From the NCBI GenBank assembly GCA_963700285.1, contig CAVOXA010000001.1:640001-704000 (forward strand): a DNA stretch of 64,000 bases, written 5' to 3'. Numbering within the stretch: position 1 is the stretch's first letter; each line of letters opens with the position of its first letter. The notes beneath the pieces are model-generated. The model was given only the letters and a program-made list of their open reading frames with translations. It did no database searches and was not told the origin of the DNA. Made by a program: the position numbers and the translations under genes. Shown piece after piece: positions 53,744-61,490 of the stretch. Source of the DNA: an uncultured Chloroflexia bacterium (GTDB lineage Bacteria; Chloroflexota; Anaerolineae; JAAYZQ01).

Positions 53744-55546
53744 CTACACTCCGCCTGTCGTGAGCCTGGGATGTGGATCAGTTGCGAAAGACTCGGACTC
53801 GACTAGCTCGCCTGCAATCGTCGCTGGTTCATAGTCCGCCACCTCGTCGTCGTAGAGGATGGTGTAGCGGTAGCCCTGTTCGGTGAGAAAGAGCTGGCGA
53901 TTGGCGCTATAGTCCTGGTCGATGGTAGTCCTTGCTGACCAGCGTGTAAAAGTGGGCCAGCAACCCATTGTGCTTGGGGCGCAAGATGCGGCCCAGACGC
54001 TGAGCCTCCTCCTGGCGGCTGCCAAAGGTCCCGCTGATCTGGATCATGACGCTGGCATCGGGCAAGGTCAATGGCGAAATTTCCTACTTTGGAGACGATC
54101 AACCGGCTCAAAGTTCCCTCTCGAAACTCCTGATAGAGCTTGCGCCGCTCAATCACTGCCGTCTTGCCGGTGATGACCGGATATCCGTACTTTTCGGCCA
54201 CTTGCTGGAGTTGTTCCAGGTACATGCCGATGATGAGCACCTGGTCGTCCGGATGCTTGGCCAACAGCTGGTCCAACACCTCGAATTTGCGCGGGTTCTC
54301 AGCGGCGACCCGGTACTTTTGCCTCGGCTCGGCCAGGGCATAGTCCATCCGTAGTTCGGGGGACATCGGGATGCGGATCTCAGTCACCTCGGCGGTGGCG
54401 ATCCAGCCCTGTTTCTCCAGGTCTTTCCAGGGCACATCGTACTTCTTTGGGACCGATGAGCGAGAACACGTCGGTCTCCCGGCCATCCTCCCGTACCAGC
54501 GTGGCCGTCAGCCCCAGACGGCGGCGCGCTTGGAGTTCGGCCGTGATGCGAAAGACAGGGGCGGGCAGCAGATGCACCTCATCGTAGATGATCAGGCCCC
54601 AGTCCCGCTCGTTAAAGAGCCCAAAGTGGGGGAACTGCTCAAGCAGAGGTACGCCAGGTTTCTGTGTGCCGCGCTTGCGGTAGGTCATCGTCTGGTAGGT
54701 CGAGATGGTCACCGGCCGGATCTCCTTGCGATGACCCGTATATTCGCCGATCTGATCCTCGGTCAGCATTGTTTTGTCCAGCAGTTCGTCGATCCACTGT
54801 CGCACGGCGACAGTGTTGGGTGAGAGGATCAGGGTGTTGCACTGCATTTGCTCCATGGCCGCCATGCCGACCATCGTCTTGCCCGCCCCGCAGGGGAGCA
54901 CGATCGACGCCCGAGCCGCCCTGGGCTGCGCCATCAGCATAGTAGATTTCGGCTGCTTCCTGCTGGTAGGCTCGCAGCGCAAAGGGTACTCGGCGCCAGA
55001 CGATATCGGTCGCAGGCGGATCTCCAGCCCTTCGCCATCTACATAGCCAACCAGGTCCTCGGCCGGGTAGCCGATTTCGACCAGGGCATGTTTGATGTGG
55101 CCCCGCTGGGCCGGATCCACGCGCAAGGTGAAAGCATCGATGGGGGCCAGGATGTAGGGGGCGAGGCGCTTGTGCCGGGCCAGTTCGGTGACAATCAGCC
55201 TCCTCATCAGAGACAAGTACCAGATCGCCATCCTGCCGCATCAGCTTGACCCGGCCATAGCGCGAGATATAGTCGACAATGTCGACCCGTACGTTGCCGG
55301 GGACAGGGTATTTGCTGTATCGCTCCAACCCCTCCAGGATGGCCTGTCCGCGGCCAGCCCGGCAGATGCCGCGTTCCAGAGCGAGAGCGGCGTGATCCGA
55401 TAGGTGTGAACGTATTCGGGGCTTTTTTCCAGTTCCGCAAAGCGAGCCAGCACGTCTCGCGCATTCTGATAGAGGTCGTTGTCGACCTCCAGCAGGACGC
55501 TCTTGTCTCCCTGGACGATAAGTGGATTCTCTGGATTATAGGTCAT
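53744..55546 (-). CDS. DNA repair helicase XPB (ERCC3/Rad25-like), multiply frameshifted in this sequence
   Basis: [90 protein letters not shown] across several frames. Confidence 0.9.
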
Positions 55547-55580
55547 GTTGAAAAGTCACTGGCAAAAAGGCTGACTTGTA

Positions 55581-55609
55581 ATCATAGCGCAAAACCGGGC
55601 CGGTGGCAA
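55581..55609 (-). promoter_or_regulatory. Promoter of XPB operon
   Basis: TTGCCA-17-TATGAT on minus strand. Confidence 0.5.
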
Positions 55610-55792
55610 ATGTGCTTGTCCACGAATCTGAAGGCTGTAACAGGGGCGCGTGGTTGGGGCAGGACTCGTGTCGTCATCCGGGCCATCGAGGGAAAGGGAA
55701 TTGACGCTTGGGCTTATGCGGACTATACTGGCCTTGGTCTGTCTGTATCCCAGGGCAGAGGATCATATTCTACCCACGGAGTCACGTCCTCT

Positions 55793-57613
55793 ATGCCAGA
55801 ATTGATGCCCCGCCAGGATAGCCTTGTACTGTACAAAACGCGCCCGGCTCGAGTCATACGTGCCGGAAAAAAGCTCGAGATCGAGTTGGGTGGGGGTGAG
55901 ACGCTAAAGGTCCGCCTCAAAGACGTTGAGGTATTGCACCCGGGTCCGATGGGCGATCTAGACCAACTTCAGCCGCAAACGGGAGAGGTAGAGACGGCCT
56001 GGGAGCTACTGGCCGGGGCCAAGACTGATCTGGCCGAGCTGGCTGAGCTGGCCTTCGGCGACTATACTCCGGCCAGTGCCTGGGCGGCCTGGCAACTGGT
56101 GGCCGAAGGACTTTTTTTCCACGGAAGTCCTGGAGCGATCGTGGCCCATTCACCGGAGGATGTGGCCCGCGAGCAGGCGGCCCGACAGGCCCGGGAGGCG
56201 GAGGAGCAGGCATGGCAGGGATTCCTCACTCGATTGCGCACCAGAAACGTCGGGCCCGAGGACGGACGCTACCTGAGGGAAGTGGAGGAAATCGCCCTCA
56301 AGCAGAGGGCCAAGAGTCGCGTGCTGCGGGAGTTGGGGCGCGCCGAAAGCCCAGAGGTAGCCCACGCTCTCTTGCTCGAGGTGGGCTACTGGGAGGTTAC
56401 AAGAGATCCCTACCCCCGGCGGCTTGGCCTGCCCGAGTCTGTGGTATCTCTGGAACTCCCAGATCTCGCCAAAGAAGACCGGGTCGATCTGGCCCATCTG
56501 CCAGCCTTTGCCATCGACGATGAGGGCAACCAGGAGCCGGATGACGCGCTGAGCTTGGAGGGGGACCGCCTGTGGGTTCACGTGGCCGACGTGGCGGCCC
56601 TGGTAGGCCCTGGCAGTGAGATTGATCTGGAAGCCCGGGCTCGAGGGGCGACTCTGTACCTGCCTGAGAAGACAGTACCCATGTTGCCCATGCAGGCCAT
56701 CGAGACTTTGGGGCTCGGCTTGGCAAAAGTATCCCCGGCCCTGTCCATCGGCCTGGATCTGAGTTCCAGGGGTGAAATCGGTTCCGTCGAGGTAGTGCGA
56801 AGCTGGGTCCAGGTCACACGTCTGTCCTACCGTGAGGCCGACAGCCGGCTGGACGAGGAACCCCTGAAAAGCCTGCACTCCCTGGCGCAAAGGAACGAGG
56901 CGCGGCGGTTGAAGCAGGGTGCCATAGCTCTCAACCTTCCCGAGGTCAAGGTGCAGGTCGAGGGGGAGGCTGTGAGCATCCACCCCCTGCCCCCACTCAG
57001 GAGTCGGGATCTGGTGACGGAGGCGATGCTTCTGGCGGGAGAGGCCATCGCCCAGTTTGCAGCAGAGAGGGCTATCCCCATCCCGTACGTTACGCAAGAT
57101 CCACCGTATTCCGACGAAAGGCCTCAGGACCTCGCCGGGATGTACGCACTGCGGCGCGCCTTCAGACCCAGCCAGCCCAGTACGGTGCCCGGGCACCACG
57201 CCGGGTTGGGCCTGGAAACCTATGTCCAGGCCACCAGCCCTCTGAGGCGCTACCTGGATCTGGTTGTACACCAGCAGTTGCGGGCCTATCTGCGGCACGA
57301 AAGGCTGCTGGACGCCCAGGAGATCCTGGAGCGGGTGGGAGCAACTGCGGCAGTGGCTGGCAGCGTGCGTCAAGCCGAGCGGCTGGCCAGGCGGCATTGG
57401 ACACTGGTCTACCTGATGCAGCGGCCAGGCTGGCGCGGGGAAGGGATCCTGGTAGAGCAGCGTGGTTCCCAGGGCACGGTACTCATCACCCAGCTAGATC
57501 TTGATGCCCAGGTACACTTGCGCCAGGACCTGCCTCTGAACAGCCCCGTCGATCTGGTTCTGGCCGAGGTCAAGCTGGCGGAGCTTGCAGCCCACTTTCA
57601 GGTCGTGCGCTGA
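55793..57613 (+). CDS. RNB-domain exoribonuclease (RNase II/R family)
   Basis: AIDDEGNQEPDDALS, VHVADV, RGATLYLP, EAMLLA, HAGLGL..YVQATSPLRRYLDL. Confidence 0.93.
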   Translation: MPELMPRQDSLVLYKTRPARVIRAGKKLEIELGGGETLKVRLKDVEVLHPGPMGDLDQLQPQTGEVETAWELLAGAKTDLAELAELAFGDYTPASAWAAWQLVAEGLFFHGSPGAIVAHSPEDVAREQAARQAREAEEQAWQGFLTRLRTRNVGPEDGRYLREVEEIALKQRAKSRVLRELGRAESPEVAHALLLEVGYWEVTRDPYPRRLGLPESVVSLELPDLAKEDRVDLAHLPAFAIDDEGNQEPDDALSLEGDRLWVHVADVAALVGPGSEIDLEARARGATLYLPEKTVPMLPMQAIETLGLGLAKVSPALSIGLDLSSRGEIGSVEVVRSWVQVTRLSYREADSRLDEEPLKSLHSLAQRNEARRLKQGAIALNLPEVKVQVEGEAVSIHPLPPLRSRDLVTEAMLLAGEAIAQFAAERAIPIPYVTQDPPYSDERPQDLAGMYALRRAFRPSQPSTVPGHHAGLGLETYVQATSPLRRYLDLVVHQQLRAYLRHERLLDAQEILERVGATAAVAGSVRQAERLARRHWTLVYLMQRPGWRGEGILVEQRGSQGTVLITQLDLDAQVHLRQDLPLNSPVDLVLAEVKLAELAAHFQVVR

Positions 57614-57653
57614 CAGTTGATTCGAATGGAATAACCATACTTGGTGGAAAAGA

Positions 57654-57685
57654 AAAAGGACCTCCTGCCAAAGGAGGTCCTTTTT
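57654..57685. terminator. Bidirectional Rho-independent terminator
   Basis: AAAAGGACCTCCT-gcca-AAGGAGGTCCTTTTT. Confidence 0.8.
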
Positions 57686-57759
57686 GGTGGCGAGGGCGGG
57701 ATTTGAACCCACAACCAAGGGCTTATGAGTCCCCTGCTCTTCCATTGAGCTACCTCGCC
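57685..57759 (-). tRNA. tRNA with CAT anticodon, probably tRNA-Ile2 (lysidine) rather than elongator Met
   Basis: GGCGAGGTAGCTCAATGGAAGAGCAGGGGACTCATAAGCCCTTGGTTGTGGGTTCAAATCCCGCCCTCGCCACCA. Confidence 0.9.
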
Positions 57760-57836
57760 GTCTACTTATGGTCAAAGGCAGATAGTGCTTCGCACTACCT
57801 GCCAGGATAGTGCCCACTATCTGCCGTCACTCCAGG

Positions 57837-57908
57837 TAGCGGGGGGAGGATTCGAACCTCCGACCTTTGGGTTATGAGCCCAACGAGCTGCCTCTGCTCC
57901 ACCCCGCA
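57837..57908 (-). tRNA. Initiator tRNA-fMet (CAT)
   Basis: TGCGGGGTGGAGCAG...TTGGGCTCATAACCCAA...GTTCGAATC...CCCGCTA; GGG/CCC anticodon stem and unpaired 1:72; followed by CCT, not CCA. Confidence 0.93.
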
Positions 57909-57919
57909 TCGTCGGAGAG

Positions 57920-57948
57920 ATTATACTGAATTTCTTGCAGCCCGTCAA
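57920..57948 (-). promoter_or_regulatory. tRNA operon promoter
   Basis: TTGACG-17-TATAAT. Confidence 0.7.
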
Positions 57949-57982
57949 CTTTGGGGACGGCCAAGACACGGGACGGTGGGGG

Positions 57983-59092
57983 CTAGCCCATGCCAGCCAG
58001 CGTCACCACAGTTACAAACAACCAGATCGTAAAAGCCCCAACAAGAGCGGCGGTGCCGCCAAGGCCCAATCGCATCCATACAAGACGGGCCGCGGCCGGG
58101 TCGAGAGGGAGCGGCGTGTCTCTGGCAGTATCTGCCATCTGCCCTGGTTCCAGCGGTGGCGGCACAGGTCCCTGGTCTGCTGTCGGGTCCTGCCTGGCCT
58201 GAGCCAACTCGCGCAAACGAAGGCTAGCCTGCGTTCGTACCTCAGGGGAACCGCTGCACCTCACCGCAGCCGTGAAGGCACTCGTGGCCAGGGGTAAACG
58301 GCCCCTGGCCCAGTAGACCAGGCCCTGGTTGTAGTAGGCCAGGGCAAAATCCTCATCCTGAGCTAGCGCTTGCCGATAGCGAGCGATGGCCTCATCCAGT
58401 TGGCCTTCCTTTTGATACTCCAGTCCGATGTCAAAGTGAATCTGCGCGGGGCTCTGGGGGAGGGGATCGCTGCCGGTTGAACCCGGGACTGGTTCTGGTT
58501 CGTCTTCAGTCTCAGGCCTCCGAGAACCGCGAAGCATGCCTACCAGGCTCATCACTGCCCGGAAACCGTCCAGCGGGGGCAATGGCAGCAGGTTAAAGAA
58601 GGCCAGCAACAGGTTCACCATGATCATGTAGTAGGTAAAGGCCACCACAAATCCTTGGGCGTCCGGCCCAGGCTGCTCATAGATCAGATATTGCATGACA
58701 TCAAAGGGGGCGGCTCCGGTCGCCGTCCAGACGACCGTCACCGTTGCTGCCATCCCAAAAAGGACCAGCAAAGCGGTAAGGATGTTGGCGGCAGGCCCGG
58801 CAATGGCAACCAGAAAGACACCGAATTCCTGATTCTTGATGCGCAGCCGGTTTTGGTCGACCCACACCGGTTTGGCCCAGCCAAAACCCACCAACAGAAA
58901 GGCGATCATGCCTACCCAAGAAACGTGGCGTAGGGGATTAAAGCTCAGGCGTTTGCGTTCCACCTGGGTGGTGTCGCCCAGCAGAAAGGCCACCAGGGCG
59001 TGAGCCAGTTCGTGCACCGTGAAGCCGACAAAGAGGGCAGGGAGGAGGAGTAGGGTAGACCAGGTGGGCGGCCAGTTTACGAGATTGCCCAT
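57983..59092 (-). CDS. Site-2 protease (M50) fused to TPR repeats and a C-terminal TM helix
   Basis: HELAH, GWAKPV, AGPAAN, NLLPLPPLDG; TPR HFDIGLEYQKEGQLDEAIARYRQAL. Confidence 0.88.
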   Translation of the reverse strand: MGNLVNWPPTWSTLLLLPALFVGFTVHELAHALVAFLLGDTTQVERKRLSFNPLRHVSWVGMIAFLLVGFGWAKPVWVDQNRLRIKNQEFGVFLVAIAGPAANILTALLVLFGMAATVTVVWTATGAAPFDVMQYLIYEQPGPDAQGFVVAFTYYMIMVNLLLAFFNLLPLPPLDGFRAVMSLVGMLRGSRRPETEDEPEPVPGSTGSDPLPQSPAQIHFDIGLEYQKEGQLDEAIARYRQALAQDEDFALAYYNQGLVYWARGRLPLATSAFTAAVRCSGSPEVRTQASLRLRELAQARQDPTADQGPVPPPLEPGQMADTARDTPLPLDPAAARLVWMRLGLGGTAALVGAFTIWLFVTVVTLAGMG

Positions 59093-59097
59093 ATTCC

Positions 59098-59448
59098 TCA
59101 CACAGCCTCGGGCAGCGAAAAAGTAAACTGCCGCTCAGCTCGGGTCACCAGTTCATTCTCGTAGAACACGCCTACGTGCAGCGTGTATTCACCCGGGCCT
59201 GGATCCTTGCGCAGGTGCATGATCTTGTCCAGCATCCATTCTCGATTCTGCAGCAATCGGATGCTGCAGCATTCATCATCGTCTGGACCCACGATCACCA
59301 GATCCATGTCTACGGGCTGCGAGCAGGGCGTTACGTCCACGGCCACATCTACACGCCGCCCATCCAGTGGATTCACGCCCACACTTTCAATGCGGATCTC
59401 GGACACTGGTACCGGCGGCCGGCCTGACGAGAATGGGTTCTGAGACAA
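59098..59448 (-). CDS. Hypothetical protein (small beta-sandwich-like)
   Basis: Coupled to the M50 gene; beta-strand pattern, GEYTLHVGVFY. Confidence 0.6.
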   Translation of the reverse strand: MSQNPFSSGRPPVPVSEIRIESVGVNPLDGRRVDVAVDVTPCSQPVDMDLVIVGPDDDECCSIRLLQNREWMLDKIMHLRKDPGPGEYTLHVGVFYENELVTRAERQFTFSLPEAV

Positions 59449-59607
59449 GACTCACTCCGGAGGAAAGCTTTTTGTGTTCAGCTTTCAGCGATCATGATTG
59501 AGAAATTGGTATTCGTCGGTCAGCATCGAGGCCCTCGCCCTTTATGCGATAGGCGTTTGCCCTGCTGCCCTGGGGCGCAAGTTGGATACGATGGCCGAGC
59601 GGTCCTC

Positions 59608-59636
59608 ATTATACACTGCCCGGCTGGTGTGGTCAA
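59608..59636 (-). promoter_or_regulatory. Sigma70-like promoter
   Basis: TTGACC-17-TATAAT. Confidence 0.6.
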
Positions 59637-59672
59637 ACGCCAGCCGAGCAGTCTCCGTGGTTGCACAACTCC

Positions 59673-61475
59673 TTAAGCGCTGGCTGTCGCCTCCTGTGGT
59701 TGCACTTCCGGCCGGCGCAGGTCACGCATGGCCTGTTGGTCCATGGTCGAGATGCGGGGCATGTCGATCATGTTCATGCGGATCATACGTTCGGTCATTT
59801 TGTTCACAAAAGCACGGTTCAACGCCGGGTAGCCCGCCATCTGGCGCAGCGTGCTGGCTAGTACCTGCAACAGATTGGAATCTTCCTCGAGGATCACGTT
59901 GGCCGTGCGGGGCACTGCGGTCAGGGCCGCAATCTCGCCAAAGAAATCGCCGGCTCGCAGTACCTCCAGTACCCGCTCCCGGCCATCCTCCTCGCGCCCG
60001 GCCACCGCCGTGCCTTCCAGGATCAGGTAGGCAGCGTCGCTGACCTCGCCGTGGCGCAGGACGACGGTCCCGGCCGGTGCCTCGATGTAGGTCATGTCTT
60101 TGAGCAGGCCCTTCCGCTCCTCCGTGCTCAGCTCGGCAAAGGCAGGCATCCGGGTTGCGTAGCGGTTCAGGTCGGCCAGCACCGCCGCCCGGCCTACCGC
60201 CAGCCCTGGCGCGACCGGCACGCTGCGCAACAGGCTCACCGCCCGCCGCCACCGCGCCGCCGGCTGGCGCAGCCCGGGCAGCACGGCCGCCAGCGCCCCG
60301 CCAAACAGAATGAGCAGGGAGGCGGCCAACATCATCCAGCGCACATCCAGCACGTCCGCCAGTCCGGCCAGGGCCATGCCCACCAGGTACACGACATCCC
60401 GCGAGACAAAGTAGGCGCTGGCCACGCGGCCCCGGATCTCACGCTCCGTGTAACGCTGCAGGATCAGCCTGCGACCGATAGCCCCTGGCGCGTTCATGAA
60501 GCCCGAGAGCGTTACCAGCGCAAAGGCCACGGGGATCGATGTGGCCCCGGCGTAAAAGACACCAAAGATCCCCATCCCCAGCCAGCTCAGCGCCATCCAC
60601 TGGCCTTCGCGCAAGCGGTCCACCAGGCCCGCCATCAGCAGGCTGCCAACGACAAAGCCTACCGACGTCAAAGCCTCCTGCACGCCGTACTCAAACTCGG
60701 TGGCCCCCAGGGCTTCTGTGGCAAAGGGCAGGAGCAGCGTGTTCCACATGCCAAAAGCGACCATGATGGGTACCGATACGATCACCAGCGAGCGCAGTAT
60801 CTGCGAGTCGAACATGTACTGGAGGCCGGCCTTGAGGTTGCGCATCACGACCTTGATGTTGGTCTTCTCATCCACGGCATAGGAGGGCACCCGCATGGCC
60901 AGGATGCAGGCAGCTGAGAGGAGAAAGGTCAGGGCGTCCAGGTAGAAGGCCCATTCAATAGCGGCCGCGGATGCGATCAAGCCCGCAGCGGCAAAGCCAA
61001 TCGCCGTCGAACCAAAGGAACTGATGGCCAGCATCGAGTTGGCCGCGCCAAGCTCCTCCTCCGAGGCCACGTCGGGCAGCAGGCTCTCTTCCGCCGGCGC
61101 AAAGAACTGCCCCACCGCGCTGGTCAGCATGATCAGTACATACAGCCAGACGATGCTGTAGGGCACCAGAAAAGGGATGAGCAGGACCAGGAAACCGCGG
61201 ATCACGTCCGAGGCGATCATGATCCGCCGCCGGTCATAGCGGTCGACAAAGACCCCGGCTATCAGGCCCACGACCAGCGTGGGAATGACGGTGGCCATCA
61301 GCATCAGACCGACGCTCAGCGCGGAGCCGGTCAGGCGGTAGACCAGGATCGACGCCGCCAGGGATGTCAGCGAGGTGCCGATGGTGGAGACGAGTTGGCC
61401 GCTCCACAGCAGGGTAAAGTTTCGATTGCGGAAAACGGCAAAGGCTGAGACTTTGCTTTCACCCGCTTCGGTCAT
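59673..61475 (-). CDS. MFS transporter (DHA3/MefA-like) fused to C-terminal cyclic nucleotide-binding domain
   Basis: RNRNFTLLWSGQLVS, GVFVDRYDRRRIM, 12 TMs; CNB phosphate-binding cassette GDFFGEIAALTAVPRTANV. Confidence 0.92.
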   Translation of the reverse strand: MTEAGESKVSAFAVFRNRNFTLLWSGQLVSTIGTSLTSLAASILVYRLTGSALSVGLMLMATVIPTLVVGLIAGVFVDRYDRRRIMIASDVIRGFLVLLIPFLVPYSIVWLYVLIMLTSAVGQFFAPAEESLLPDVASEEELGAANSMLAISSFGSTAIGFAAAGLIASAAAIEWAFYLDALTFLLSAACILAMRVPSYAVDEKTNIKVVMRNLKAGLQYMFDSQILRSLVIVSVPIMVAFGMWNTLLLPFATEALGATEFEYGVQEALTSVGFVVGSLLMAGLVDRLREGQWMALSWLGMGIFGVFYAGATSIPVAFALVTLSGFMNAPGAIGRRLILQRYTEREIRGRVASAYFVSRDVVYLVGMALAGLADVLDVRWMMLAASLLILFGGALAAVLPGLRQPAARWRRAVSLLRSVPVAPGLAVGRAAVLADLNRYATRMPAFAELSTEERKGLLKDMTYIEAPAGTVVLRHGEVSDAAYLILEGTAVAGREEDGRERVLEVLRAGDFFGEIAALTAVPRTANVILEEDSNLLQVLASTLRQMAGYPALNRAFVNKMTERMIRMNMIDMPRISTMDQQAMRDLRRPEVQPQEATASA

Positions 61476-61490
61476 TGGATCCTCCTCCTT

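Noticed and set aside
55406-55792. 129-aa N-terminal extension of the RNB ORF
   Set aside because: Overlaps the XPB start and promoter on the opposite strand; ATG 55793 is the more plausible start
57685-57908. tRNA as integration site for an island or prophage
   Set aside because: No integrase and no duplicated tRNA 3' end seen in the window
59450-59600. c-di-GMP-I riboswitch suggested by GGGCAAAC in the leader (minus strand)
   Set aside because: Lacks the GAAA tetraloop stem and the GACGCAAAGC segment
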